64,000 bases of DNA from Candidatus Bruticola sp. (GTDB lineage: Bacteria > Vulcanimicrobiota > Xenobia > Xenobiales > Xenobiaceae), in NCBI GenBank assembly GCA_051874735.1, contig JBJEGD010000026.1, positions 32,001 to 96,000 on the forward strand, given 5' to 3'. Each line of letters begins with the position of its first letter. Positions within the stretch are counted from its first letter, which is position 1. The notes below the pieces were generated by a model. That model was not told the DNA's origin, did no database searches, and saw only the letters and a program-made list of their open reading frames with translations. Shown here one piece after another: positions 1 through 9,398 of the stretch. The translations under genes and the position numbers were made by a program.

Positions 1-50
1 TTTCAGACTTGTTTTTAGAAAAAAAAACTATATTTTTTTTCTAAAAGACC

Positions 51-79
51 TTGCGTAAACTTAGCTAAGATGTTATACT
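51..79 (+). promoter_or_regulatory. sigma70-type promoter of tRNA cluster
   Basis: TTGCGT (51-56), 17-nt spacer, TGn-TATACT (74-79), then GC-rich discriminator GGCGGAGCC; A/T tracts upstream resemble an UP element. Confidence 0.75.
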
Positions 80-98
80 GGCGGAGCCAGAAGGGCCT

Positions 99-174
99 GG
101 GCCCATAGCTCAGCGGTTAGAGCAGTTGGCTCATAACTAATTGGTCCCTGGTTCGAATCCAGGTGGGCCCACCA
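99..174 (+). tRNA. tRNA-Ile2 (CAT, lysidine-type)
   Basis: Cloverleaf with GGGCCCA/TGGGCCC acceptor stem, CT-CAT-AA loop, GTTCGAATC T-arm and encoded CCA; overall sequence resembles bacterial Ile2 rather than Met/fMet. Confidence 0.88.
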
Positions 175-210
175 AGAGTCTCTGGTTTTTTGTGAGTGAA
201 AAGTGTACAT

Positions 211-287
211 GGCCCGGTGGTCTAGCGGTTTAGGACGCTGGCCTTTCAAGCCGGAGATCACGGGTTCGATTCCCGTCCGGGCTACCA
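211..287 (+). tRNA. tRNA-Glu (TTC)
   Basis: GGCCCGG/CCGGGCT acceptor, CT-TTC-AA loop, GGTTCGATTCC, encoded CCA. Confidence 0.95.
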
Positions 288-380
288 CTAAAAATGCTGT
301 CCTCCATAGGGGAGGCGGTTATATATAATGAGAGGCTTATTTTGCCGAACAGCGTTTTGCAATGGGCTTCTCTTTTTTTT

Positions 381-457
381 GGACGAGTAGCTCAGTTGGT
401 TAGAGCACCTGCCTTACAAGCAGGGGGTCGGCGGTTCGAGTCCGTTCTCGTCCACCA
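381..457 (+). tRNA. tRNA-Val (TAC)
   Basis: GGACGAG/CTCGTCC acceptor, CT-TAC-AA loop, GGTTCGAGTCC, encoded CCA. Confidence 0.95.
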
Positions 458-466
458 CAAAACATC

Positions 467-501
467 AAGATCTTAATCCTTTAGGGTTGGGTCTTTTTTT
501 T
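467..501 (+). terminator. intrinsic terminator after tRNA cluster
   Basis: AAGATCTTAATCCT / AGGGTTGGGTCTT stem followed by T-tract. Confidence 0.7.
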
Positions 502-655
502 ATGTTTATGTGACATAACTTTTTTTTCTTTAGTTATTGTCTATGAATATATAGGTTTATGGCAGTAATCTAGGTAAAAAGAGGAGCTGGAAGGGGCCAG
601 GATAAAGAATTTTTCTTTTACTAAGCCCCTCAAGCAAGGAAGGTTATATTTAAAA

Positions 656-1459
656 GTGTTTACTTGTGAAAGCCAAGCGGATATAGGCATTTTCGGTGGT
701 TCGGGTTTTTATAGTTTAGATTCTAATGCTGAAACTATAGTTATCAATACTCCTTATGGTCCAACTAGCGATAAAATTTCCTTAATTAACATTCATGGCA
801 AACGGGTAGCTTTTTTGCCTCGTCATGGTTCCGATCATCATTTATCTCCCGCTAAAATACCTTATAGGGCCAATATTTGGGCTATGAAGCAATTGGGAGT
901 TAAGGCTATTATAGGTCCGTGTGCTGTGGGCAGCCTGCGTTTGGAAATAAAGCCAGGCAGTTTTGTTGTTTGTGATCAGTTTGTTGATAGGACTTGGGGA
1001 CGTCAGGATACTTTTTTCGAAGGTCCAGAAGTAAAACACATTGCTGGCGCTGAGCCTTATTGCCCTTGTTTGCGTCCTTTTGTGGTTAATTGTGCTAAAG
1101 ATTTGGGTATAGAGGTCCATCCTAAGGGCACTATGGTGGTTATTCAAGGTCCCCGTTTTTCCACGAAAGCTGAAAGCGAGTGGTTTAAAAAGATGGGCTG
1201 GGATGTTGTCAATATGACGGGCTATCCCGAGTGTTATTTAGCTCGAGAGATGGAAATATGCTATGTAAACGTCTCTTTAGTCACCGATTACGATGCCGGT
1301 ATCGAAGGAGTGGCGGAAGCTGTTACTGGTGATGAGGTCTGCCGAGTTTTTGCTGAAAATAATCAAAAGTTAAAGAAGCTCATTTACAAGATTGTTGAAA
1401 GAATCGATTTGAATCGGGATTGTATTTGTCGCCACGCTTTAGCTGGAGACACTATGTAA
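656..1459 (+). CDS. mtnP: S-methyl-5'-thioadenosine phosphorylase
   Basis: IGIFGGSG, FLPRHG, YRANIWA, GPRFSTKAES, VNMT and VTDYD motifs of the MTAP/PNP family 2. Confidence 0.93.
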   Translation: MFTCESQADIGIFGGSGFYSLDSNAETIVINTPYGPTSDKISLINIHGKRVAFLPRHGSDHHLSPAKIPYRANIWAMKQLGVKAIIGPCAVGSLRLEIKPGSFVVCDQFVDRTWGRQDTFFEGPEVKHIAGAEPYCPCLRPFVVNCAKDLGIEVHPKGTMVVIQGPRFSTKAESEWFKKMGWDVVNMTGYPECYLAREMEICYVNVSLVTDYDAGIEGVAEAVTGDEVCRVFAENNQKLKKLIYKIVERIDLNRDCICRHALAGDTM

Positions 1460-1515
1460 CTTGTGCTTAAGGCCATTTTAAAAAGTTCTTTATTTTGAGA
1501 GATTTGAAGTAAAAC

Positions 1516-1554
1516 AAAAGCCGCTCCTTTAATAAAGTAAAGGAGCGGCTTTTT
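1516..1554. terminator. bidirectional intrinsic terminator (mtnP/glnS)
   Basis: AAAAGCCGCTCCTTTA..TAAAGGAGCGGCTTTT inverted repeat between convergent genes. Confidence 0.85.
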
Positions 1555-1574
1555 AAACTAAAGATGCTGGCAGT

Positions 1575-3287
1575 TTATTTTTTGCCTTGCATAATTTTAG
1601 CCCAAGTATCTTTTAAAGTGACTACTCGGTTAAACACCATATGATCGTCAGTTGTGTCTTTATCAGTGTAGAAATAGCCGGTGCGTTCAAATTGGAACCA
1701 TTTTCCAGCTGGAGTATGCAACATGTTGCTCTCTACTCTGGCATTGGTGATAACTTCTAATGAATTAGGATTGAGTTCATCGATAAAGTTAACACCTTCA
1801 GTAGTAGCAGGATGATCAACAGCAAAGAGGCGATCGTAAAGTCTTACTTCGCAGGGGATAGACTCAGAAGCGGATACCCAGTGCAGCGTTCCTTTGATCT
1901 TGCGTCCGTCAGCAGGATTACCTCCCTTGGATTGTGGATCGTAAGTGCAGTGGACTTCTGTAATATTGCCATTTTCATCTTTAACAACTGATTCGCACTT
2001 AATAATGTAAGCACGGCGCAGGCGCACTTCGCGTCCGGGAGCTAAACGGAAGAATTTGGGCACAGGTTCTTCCATGAAGTCATCGCGCTCGATGAAAATT
2101 TCTTTGGTAAACTTGAGATTGCGATGGCCCATTTTAGGCGGATCGTCGGGGAAGTAAGGAGCTTCAAACTCTTCGACTTGGTTTTCAGGATAGTTATCAA
2201 TGACAAGCTTCAAAGGACGCAGTACTCCCATAATGCGTGGCACTTTAGGATTAAGATCGTCGCGTACAGCCTGTTCAAAAATGGAGTAGCTAGTCCAAGT
2301 TTCGGCTTTGCTTATACCGATGCGATCACAGAATAGGCGGATAGCTTCGGGGGTATAACCGCGGCGGCGCATGCCAGTAATAGTCGGCATGCGGGGGTCG
2401 TCCCAACCGTTTACTCTATGCTCTTTAACTAACTGCAGAAGTTTGCGCTTACTGACAATAACTGATTCCAAATTGAGGCGGGAGAATTCGATCTGACGAG
2501 GTCGGCATTCTACTCCCACGTTCTCTAAAACCCAGTCGTAAAGAGGACGGTTATTTTCGAACTCCAACGTGCACAGAGAGTGGGTTATACCCTCAATAGA
2601 GTCAGAGAGACAGTGAGTAAAATCGTACATAGGGTAAATGCACCACTTGTCTCCAGTGTGAGGATGGGCTTGATGGCGGATGCGATACAGGGTAGGATCG
2701 CGCATAACGATATTGGGATGAGCCATATCGATTTTAGCACGCAGTACTTTTGCTCCGTCAGGGAATTCTCCAGCCTTCATACGGCGGAATAGATCTAAGT
2801 TCTCTTCTATGGAACGGTCACGGCAAGGGCTGTTTTTGCCTGGTTCAGTTAGGGTGCCTCGACTTAAGCGTATCTCTTCAGCGCTAGAATCGTCAACGTA
2901 AGCCTTTCCCTTTATAATGAGACGCTCGGCATATTCGTAAAGGCGATCGAAATAGTCGGAAGCGTTGTAAACTTTGTCACCCCAATCGAAACCGAGCCAC
3001 TTGACATCTTCTTTGATGGCATTTATGTATTCTGGCTCTTCTTTACCTGGGTTGGTATCGTCCATACGCAAGTGGCAAGTGCCTTGATAGTCTTTAGCTA
3101 AGCCAAAGTCTAGGCATATTGCCTTGGCGTGGCCTACATGTAAGTAACCGTTAGGTTCGGGAGGAAAGCGGGTTACTACGGTAGTGTGTTTGCCACTGGC
3201 TAAATCTTCATCGATAATATTGCGGATAAAGTTAGTAGAATGAGGAGAAGCGGATTCCGCACGATTCGTATTAGTATCGTTGTTCAT
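1575..3287 (-). CDS. glnS: glutamine--tRNA ligase
   Basis: [49 protein letters not shown]; no C-terminal YqeY domain. Confidence 0.97.
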   Translation of the reverse strand: MNNDTNTNRAESASPHSTNFIRNIIDEDLASGKHTTVVTRFPPEPNGYLHVGHAKAICLDFGLAKDYQGTCHLRMDDTNPGKEEPEYINAIKEDVKWLGFDWGDKVYNASDYFDRLYEYAERLIIKGKAYVDDSSAEEIRLSRGTLTEPGKNSPCRDRSIEENLDLFRRMKAGEFPDGAKVLRAKIDMAHPNIVMRDPTLYRIRHQAHPHTGDKWCIYPMYDFTHCLSDSIEGITHSLCTLEFENNRPLYDWVLENVGVECRPRQIEFSRLNLESVIVSKRKLLQLVKEHRVNGWDDPRMPTITGMRRRGYTPEAIRLFCDRIGISKAETWTSYSIFEQAVRDDLNPKVPRIMGVLRPLKLVIDNYPENQVEEFEAPYFPDDPPKMGHRNLKFTKEIFIERDDFMEEPVPKFFRLAPGREVRLRRAYIIKCESVVKDENGNITEVHCTYDPQSKGGNPADGRKIKGTLHWVSASESIPCEVRLYDRLFAVDHPATTEGVNFIDELNPNSLEVITNARVESNMLHTPAGKWFQFERTGYFYTDKDTTDDHMVFNRVVTLKDTWAKIMQGKK

Positions 3288-3308
3288 ATGTTTCGGTAAT
3301 TCCTTATA

Positions 3309-3360
3309 GGGCGGATCTCAGAAATCGCGTCCATTAGAATATGGTCGGTGCAGACCGGCC
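3309..3360 (-). promoter_or_regulatory. glnS 5' leader with two hairpins displaying U-CUG (candidate tRNA-Gln mimic operator)
   Basis: Minus strand GGCCGGT-CTGC-ACCGACC and GGACGCGAT-TTCTGAG-ATCCGCCC directly upstream of SD AAGGA. Confidence 0.45.
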
Positions 3361-3367
3361 AGCCTTG

Positions 3368-3396
3368 ATTTTATCATTTTTTATATACTTAGGCTA
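3368..3396 (-). promoter_or_regulatory. sigma70-type promoter of glnS
   Basis: Minus strand TAGCCT, 17-nt spacer, TAAAAT with extended TGn; predicted start near 3361. Confidence 0.6.
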
Positions 3397-3572
3397 CGCC
3401 CAGTCCCTCTATCTTTTGAGAAGGTAAAGAGCAGCTACTTTCTAAATAGATATTCCGGGCTCCTTAGAGAGTCGTGAAGTGGAGTGGTGTTTTTCTGAAC
3501 AATACACGATCAGACATTTTAAGCTACGAAACTAATTTTTGTTAGAGGCTCTAAATTTTAGCAGTTAAAACC

Positions 3573-5450
3573 ATGGCCAGTTTTTCGCTTTTTCAAAAGT
3601 ATCGCTCGCAGAATTTCGATGATTTAATAGGCCAAGAAGTTGTTGTCAAAACTTTAAAAAACGCCTTAGCTTCTAAACGTACAGCTAACGTTTATCTTTT
3701 CTGCGGTCCTCGAGGCACAGGTAAAACGAGCACTGCCAGAATTTTAGCCAAAGCCCTTAACTGTGCTGATGGTCCAACTGCTTCTCCCTGCGGTATCTGT
3801 TCTGCCTGCCGTTCTATATCCGAAGGCTCTTGTCTAGATGTTCTAGAAATTGACGCAGCTTCTAATACTCAGGTAGATAAAATTCGCGATCTTATAGTTG
3901 ATAAGGTTCAATTCGCTCCTGCTCAAGTTCGCTACAAAGTTTATATAATAGACGAAGTACACAAACTTTCCGATTCATCATTTAACGCTCTTTTAAAAAC
4001 TTTAGAGGAGCCTCCTGCTCACGTTATTTTTATTTTAGCTACTACCGATCCAGAAAAAATTCCAGCTACAATTATATCTCGCTGTCAGCGTTATAATTTT
4101 CAGCGCTTTACTCTAATTCAGACTGTAAATCATATAAAAAATATAGCCTTGCGCGAGCAATTTTTTATTGACGATTTAGGAGCTGAACTCATTGCTCGAG
4201 CTTCTGAGGGCTCTATGCGCGACGCCCTAGTTCTGCTGGAACAGGCTATGTTTTTCTGTGGCCATCAGGGAACTTCCGCCCAAATCAGCAGTGAAGATAT
4301 TCGGCGTCTTTTAGGATTAGCCGGCGCAGAAGCTATACAAGATTTTATTTCCGGTTTTATTGAACAAAATATTGGTCATGTACTGACTATATTAGATGAT
4401 TTGATTAATAAAGGACGTGATCTCAATAAACTGGCTACTGAATTATTGGAATATATGCGTCAAATGATGCTGGTTAGTGTAAATGCTGCCGATCGAGAGT
4501 CTTTAGGAGTTACAGATAGTTACTTCCAGGAGTTAGTCAGCAGAACTCAATTAGTTAAGTTGGGTACCATTATGAATTGGATAGGCGCTGTCAGTGAATT
4601 GCAACGCCGTCTTTCTGATGGTGAAAGTGCTCGTTTAATTTGGGAAACTACGCTAATTAAACTTACAGTACCGGCGGCTAAGAGCAGCGATGATGGTTTG
4701 CTGGCTAGAATTGAGGCTTTGGAAGCGGATATAGCTAGTCTAAAGATTTTAAGTTCTACTGCACACGGTTTTTCTAAAGTTATTCCAAGTGATTTTCAAA
4801 CTAGTTCGGTCAGGGAAAAAACTAAGTTAGGCAGTAGTGGAGCTAATTCTTCCGCTTCCGTAAAAACTCATGCTCCTTTAAAAGATGAGGTCTCAACTTC
4901 TGTAGCTTCGGAAAAGGTTAGCGATAAAGTTATTTCAGCTGCTGCAGAGGGTAAAGAAACTTGCGGATCTTCAGAAATCGATTTAGGATGGGACAGTGAG
5001 CCTAATGTTGCCCCATCATCGGCGTTAAATGAAAAAAAAGGAGTCATTTCTGGTAAATCTGCTTCGGATATTAAGCTTAGGGAACAGAACCAAGTTAAAG
5101 TAAAAACAAACTCTGCCGAAGCTGTTTGGGGAAAACTGTTGGGGTATATAGAAAATAAAAGGCCAGATCTTTTTGCCTTTTTGCACGATACGCGTTGCCT
5201 TTCGGCTGTAAAAGGCGTAATAGTAGTACGCTATGAGAATAGCCGCAAAAACGATTATGAATCGGTTTTAAATCAAAGGGAAGATATAGAAACGGTTCTG
5301 AGTGAGGCCATGCGCCGTCCTATAAAATTAGAGGCTCGTTTAAGGGCAATCGCTTCTCCAGAAGACGAATATATGCATACAGTGAACTTAATTTTAAATA
5401 GTTTTGATGGACGTGTGGTCAGCACTTATAAAAACAACAATCAAATTTAA
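3573..5450 (+). CDS. dnaX: DNA polymerase III subunit gamma/tau
   Basis: GPRGTGKT Walker A, Cys4 zinc cluster, EIDAASN, IIDEVH, ISRCQ; Ser-rich linker; upstream of ybaB-recR. Confidence 0.96.
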   Translation: MASFSLFQKYRSQNFDDLIGQEVVVKTLKNALASKRTANVYLFCGPRGTGKTSTARILAKALNCADGPTASPCGICSACRSISEGSCLDVLEIDAASNTQVDKIRDLIVDKVQFAPAQVRYKVYIIDEVHKLSDSSFNALLKTLEEPPAHVIFILATTDPEKIPATIISRCQRYNFQRFTLIQTVNHIKNIALREQFFIDDLGAELIARASEGSMRDALVLLEQAMFFCGHQGTSAQISSEDIRRLLGLAGAEAIQDFISGFIEQNIGHVLTILDDLINKGRDLNKLATELLEYMRQMMLVSVNAADRESLGVTDSYFQELVSRTQLVKLGTIMNWIGAVSELQRRLSDGESARLIWETTLIKLTVPAAKSSDDGLLARIEALEADIASLKILSSTAHGFSKVIPSDFQTSSVREKTKLGSSGANSSASVKTHAPLKDEVSTSVASEKVSDKVISAAAEGKETCGSSEIDLGWDSEPNVAPSSALNEKKGVISGKSASDIKLREQNQVKVKTNSAEAVWGKLLGYIENKRPDLFAFLHDTRCLSAVKGVIVVRYENSRKNDYESVLNQREDIETVLSEAMRRPIKLEARLRAIASPEDEYMHTVNLILNSFDGRVVSTYKNNNQI

Positions 5451-5480
5451 CTAACCTGGAGAAATAGAGGTTAATCTTCT

Positions 5481-5720
5481 GTGGATGGAAATATTGATGA
5501 GCGTTTAATTGAAGTCCCTTATCAGCGTTTGAGTGAAAGAGCTTTACAGGGAGTTTTGGAAGAATATGCCACTAGAGGTGGATATGAGTGTAATATGTCT
5601 TTGCAAAAGCGTACAGATATTCTAAAACGCAGATTAGCTAAAGGCGAGTTAGCTATAGTATTCGATCCCGCAGAAGAAAGCGTCAATATTATTGAAAAAG
5701 GTTGGCATGCCCATGATTAA
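5481..5720 (+). CDS. YheU (UPF0270) family protein
   Basis: VPYQRLS..AL.GVLEEY.TR.G...L.KGELAIVFD..EESVNI pattern; GAGG RBS. Confidence 0.75.
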   Translation: MDGNIDERLIEVPYQRLSERALQGVLEEYATRGGYECNMSLQKRTDILKRRLAKGELAIVFDPAEESVNIIEKGWHAHD

Positions 5721-6168
5721 AATCGCTTTGATTTCCGATATACACGGCCGCATTTCACCTAAGGTGCTAGATCGTCTTCAAGGCTGTAATTATATTATCT
5801 GCGCTGGCGATACTGAAAGTCCGGCTATTTTAGCCGAGTTGGAAGCTATAGCTCCACTTACTGTTGTTAGGGGAAACTGCGATTGGCGTCCTTGGGCTGA
5901 TGATTTACCCAAAGATGCCGTTCTCAAAGCTGGTGAACTGAGTATTTATGTAATACATAATTTAGACAATCTTTCATTTAATCCCAATCCGGATAAGATT
6001 GACGTTATAGTTTATGGACATACGCATCGTTATAAGCAATATTATGAAAATGATGTCCTTTACATAAATCCTGGCAGTGTGTCTGAACCGCGCGGTGGAC
6101 AGTACCCTCATATGTACATTTTAGAAGCTGAGGGCAAGAATATTTACGTTAAAAGCCTAGACGTTTAA
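5713..6168 (+). CDS. metallophosphoesterase, YfcE/MJ0936 family
   Basis: ISDIHG, AGD, VRGNCD, YGHTH, INPGS; start placed at the ATG overlapping the previous stop. Confidence 0.9.
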   Translation: MIKIALISDIHGRISPKVLDRLQGCNYIICAGDTESPAILAELEAIAPLTVVRGNCDWRPWADDLPKDAVLKAGELSIYVIHNLDNLSFNPNPDKIDVIVYGHTHRYKQYYENDVLYINPGSVSEPRGGQYPHMYILEAEGKNIYVKSLDV

Positions 6169-6335
6169 TTTTTCAGGCCTATTTTACATTATAAATTAAA
6201 GACCTTATTAGGCTCGCAGAAGCTTTAGCTTCGCTTATCTTTAGGGAAGGCCTAACGGATCGCTAGAGCGAACAGAAAGGCACTTCTTGAGCCTTTGATG
6301 GCAGTTTTATCCTTACTTTACGGAGATATGAGTTT

Positions 6336-6644
6336 ATGCAAAGACAAATTATGAGGCAAATGCAAAAGATGCAGAACGATTTAGCCTCCGCTCAAAAAGA
6401 ACTTGAAAATGCTACTGTAGAAGGATCGTCAGGTGGCGGGGCGGTGAAAGTTGTGGTAACTGGCAGCCAAGTCGTTCGTTCCATAAGTATTTCCAAAGAT
6501 GCCATCGATCCTGAAGACGTCGGTGTTTTAGAAGATCTAGTTTTAGTGGCCATCAACGACGGGTTAGAAAAATCTCGTGAGCTCTCCTCTAACCGTATGG
6601 GAAGGGTTGCTGCTGGTTTGAATTTACCTCCGGGTCTTTTTTAG
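6336..6644 (+). CDS. ybaB: YbaB/EbfC nucleoid-associated protein
   Basis: QKMQ..., GGGAVKVVVTG, DPED...LEDLVL.A.N; conserved dnaX-ybaB-recR synteny. Confidence 0.93.
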   Translation: MQRQIMRQMQKMQNDLASAQKELENATVEGSSGGGAVKVVVTGSQVVRSISISKDAIDPEDVGVLEDLVLVAINDGLEKSRELSSNRMGRVAAGLNLPPGLF

Positions 6645-6653
6645 CAGTGGTAA

Positions 6654-7253
6654 ATGTCTAAATTCCCTAAATCTTTAGAGCTCCTTTTAGAGCAGCTTCA
6701 GCAGCTGCCAACAGTAGGTCCCAAAACTGCTTCTCGTTTGGCTTTCTATCTATTAGGTGCTTCTCGAGAGCGAGTTGAGGCTTTAGCTAGGGCTATGGTC
6801 GAAGTTAAGGTGCGTTTGCGTGCCTGCTCTAGGTGCGGGAACCTGGCCGAAGGAGATTTGTGCGAGATCTGTCGCAGCTCCGGCCGCAGTACTGATACCT
6901 TGTGTGTAGTTGCCAATGCGCGCGATCTTATGGCTATAGAAAGTTCTGGAGAATACGCTGGCCTTTACCATGTTTTGGGCGGTCTTATTTCTCCTCTTGA
7001 CGGTATTGGACCTGAACAGCTGAATATCGATTCCCTGCAGGAGCGTTTGAAGCAAGAACCTATAAAAGAAGTGATTCTAGCTACTAATCCCACCGTTCCA
7101 GGTGAAGCCACAGCTTTATATCTAAAAAATATTCTCTCTAACTGCAATATTAAACTCACCAGGCTGGCCTCAGGGCTGCCTATGGGAGCCGATCTTGAAT
7201 ACGCCGATCCGCTTACTCTTTCTAGAGCCTTAGGTAACAGACGTCCTTTGTAA
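6654..7253 (+). CDS. recR: recombination mediator RecR
   Basis: LP.VGPKTA.R HhH, Cys4 finger, YHVLGG.ISPLDGIGP, EVILATNPT Toprim. Confidence 0.96.
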   Translation: MSKFPKSLELLLEQLQQLPTVGPKTASRLAFYLLGASRERVEALARAMVEVKVRLRACSRCGNLAEGDLCEICRSSGRSTDTLCVVANARDLMAIESSGEYAGLYHVLGGLISPLDGIGPEQLNIDSLQERLKQEPIKEVILATNPTVPGEATALYLKNILSNCNIKLTRLASGLPMGADLEYADPLTLSRALGNRRPL

Positions 7254-7272
7254 GAAGAGCTTGGCAAAAATG

Positions 7273-7328
7273 AAAAATCCCCCCTCTTACGCCTTAAGTT
7301 TTGCGGCTAAAGAGTAGGGGATTTTTTT
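7273..7328. terminator. bidirectional terminator
   Basis: AAAAATCCCC..CTCTT..AAGAG..GGGGATTTTTTT between convergent genes. Confidence 0.65.
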
Positions 7329-7345
7329 ATAAAGAGATGGTCAAA

Positions 7346-8140
7346 TTAGAACTCAGCAGTGGCGCCAATTTGAATTCCGTCATATTTGAGATTCAAATTG
7401 CTGGCACTATGCTGTTCGTAATGGTAGCCTATTTTAGCTTGAATAGGGCTATCTTTAAAGTTTGTTCTCAGACCGATATCCCATTCCCAAACATTGAGCT
7501 TGCCATCAGGATTGCCATCCAAACCAACGCTTTTTGTGATCATGCAGGGGTAGTATACCGCTTGGCCATAGAGTCCTACGGGGTCCCAGCTAAACTCTGC
7601 GCCTAAACCGAAACCAAAACCGGACGAGTTTTCTATGTTTGCTTTTCCGGTATGGCCGGAACTGTCGGGCCATCTAGAAGTTAAACTGGTGTTTTTGTAG
7701 CCTACATAACCGTAAAGGGGGGACAGTGCCGGAGGCTTGTCCATAGTACGGCTGCTGTTTGCAATTGAAGCTAAGTTAAAGGGAATTTTGGCATAGACCT
7801 TGAGGTCATTGAACTCTGGGTCGGAGCAATTCATGGTAATAGGATCGTCAAATTCATTAACGCCGACTATGTCCAACTTGCTTCCGCCGCCTCTAGTAAA
7901 GCTTCCGCCAAACATAATTCCATCGAAGATTCTGCCTTCGCCGCTAAAAGTTATAGCGGTAAGATTAGAATGGACCACACCTGAGGGCTTAGACGTAGAA
8001 ATACGCAAAGGGCTGTAAGTCAGTTCAAAGCGCATATCGTGGTCTGGACCGGTTTGGGCCGCCGCAGGAAGCGCTGAAAATAGTGCAGCACCTAGGGCAA
8101 AAGCTGTTATAAATTTTTTCACAGAGCCAGACTCCTTCAC
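7346..8140 (-). CDS. secreted outer-membrane beta-barrel-like protein
   Basis: Signal peptide (..PAAA-Q), alternating beta-strand pattern, C-terminal YDGIQIGATAEF ending in Phe like a BAM beta-signal. Confidence 0.6.
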   Translation of the reverse strand: MKESGSVKKFITAFALGAALFSALPAAAQTGPDHDMRFELTYSPLRISTSKPSGVVHSNLTAITFSGEGRIFDGIMFGGSFTRGGGSKLDIVGVNEFDDPITMNCSDPEFNDLKVYAKIPFNLASIANSSRTMDKPPALSPLYGYVGYKNTSLTSRWPDSSGHTGKANIENSSGFGFGLGAEFSWDPVGLYGQAVYYPCMITKSVGLDGNPDGKLNVWEWDIGLRTNFKDSPIQAKIGYHYEQHSASNLNLKYDGIQIGATAEF

Positions 8141-8263
8141 GAGGTAATAAAAAAACTGCGAAGAGCCATTAACTTCAACGAGGCCCTCCTATTTCCTTGC
8201 CGGTAGAAGTTCTCCCCTAAGTGCTTAGGCCCTTTGCAGTTTTCGAAAACAAATACAAAATAA

Positions 8264-9175
8264 TTAGTGATCGTTTACTTTAGTAGCTGGAGCAGTTTTT
8301 TTCTCTCTAGCCAGCTGCATCTTGTAATCGACATAAGTACTGTCAGGACGAACTTTTTTAGCTTCTTCATAAATAGAGAGAGCTTCTTCGAAGCGTCCTT
8401 CTTTTAAGTAAATGTCACCGCAGAGGGTCAGAGCATCGAAGCCCTGAGTATATCCTTTAGGATCGAGCTCTGCACTGCGCTTAAGGTAGGGAATTGCCTC
8501 TTCGTACTGGCCCATATCGTAAAGAGCTGAGCCCATAAAATACTGTCCGTCGGGATAAGCAGGCAGCTCTTCTATGATGCGCTGATAAATATCTTTAGCT
8601 TCTGATGGTTTTTTTTCATCAACCAAAAGGATATTACCCAAACGATCCATGGCCATAATGTCATGAGGGTTTAAACGCAAAGCTCTTACAAAGAATCCTT
8701 TAGCACGTGGCATCATGCGCTTTTGGAAATAAACTAAGCCCATGCCAGAGTAAGCCATAGCATTTTCAGGATCATTTTCTACTGCCGATTTGAACTCAGT
8801 AAGAGCTTCATCTAAAGAGTTGGGCAGAAGCTTTCCTTTTAAGAAGTAGGCCATGCCGAGTTTGCTCAAAGATTCTCCGTTTTCTCCTGTCGAAGCTGCT
8901 TCGGTTTCAATTTGGCTAACTATGCCGTCTACGTCTTTTTTGCGGTAGTAGGCATCTAAAATGTAGGCTAAAGCTAAAGTGTTATGAGGATCTTTAGTTA
9001 GGATTTCTTCAAACTGTTTTATAGATTCATCCCACTGACCAGTGTAAAAAGTTTGCAGAGCTTGAGTCATTTCTTCTTGATCGGTACCGTTCTCTTCCGC
9101 TCCAGCAGCAGCTTGCATAGAGCCGAAGATTCCGCAGGCCAGGATCAAAGTAAAAACAAATTTATACAGATTCAC
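8264..9175 (-). CDS. exported tetratricopeptide repeat protein
   Basis: Signal peptide and repeated TPR signatures (DPHN, DPENAMAYSGMG, LRLNP, AELDP). Confidence 0.85.
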   Translation of the reverse strand: MNLYKFVFTLILACGIFGSMQAAAGAEENGTDQEEMTQALQTFYTGQWDESIKQFEEILTKDPHNTLALAYILDAYYRKKDVDGIVSQIETEAASTGENGESLSKLGMAYFLKGKLLPNSLDEALTEFKSAVENDPENAMAYSGMGLVYFQKRMMPRAKGFFVRALRLNPHDIMAMDRLGNILLVDEKKPSEAKDIYQRIIEELPAYPDGQYFMGSALYDMGQYEEAIPYLKRSAELDPKGYTQGFDALTLCGDIYLKEGRFEEALSIYEEAKKVRPDSTYVDYKMQLAREKKTAPATKVNDH

Positions 9176-9398
9176 GTGGTAACTCCCCTTGCAATTTTGT
9201 ATATGTGTGGCTAAATAATCTTTTCAAAAAGGGCATCTTTCGGCCTTTAATTGCCTAGTTTCAGTCTTTGTCCTTCCTTTAAGGCAAAAAGTACTTTTAT
9301 TTGCTTAAATCGATATCGCATATTTTAAAAATATATTACGCTTAGATATTAATCATGTGCACTAGTTGCTAAAGGTTAAGCTTATCTTACTAAGTTCT

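Noticed and set aside
73-476. ORFs 73-288 and 294-476
   Set aside because: They overlap tRNA genes and are translation artefacts.
99-660. Integrated element at the tRNA cluster
   Set aside because: No integrase, no repeated tRNA 3' end, and housekeeping genes follow directly.
3400-3560. SRP RNA upstream of dnaX
   Set aside because: No CAGG..GGAA..AGCAG domain IV hairpin; only a partial AGCAGC.
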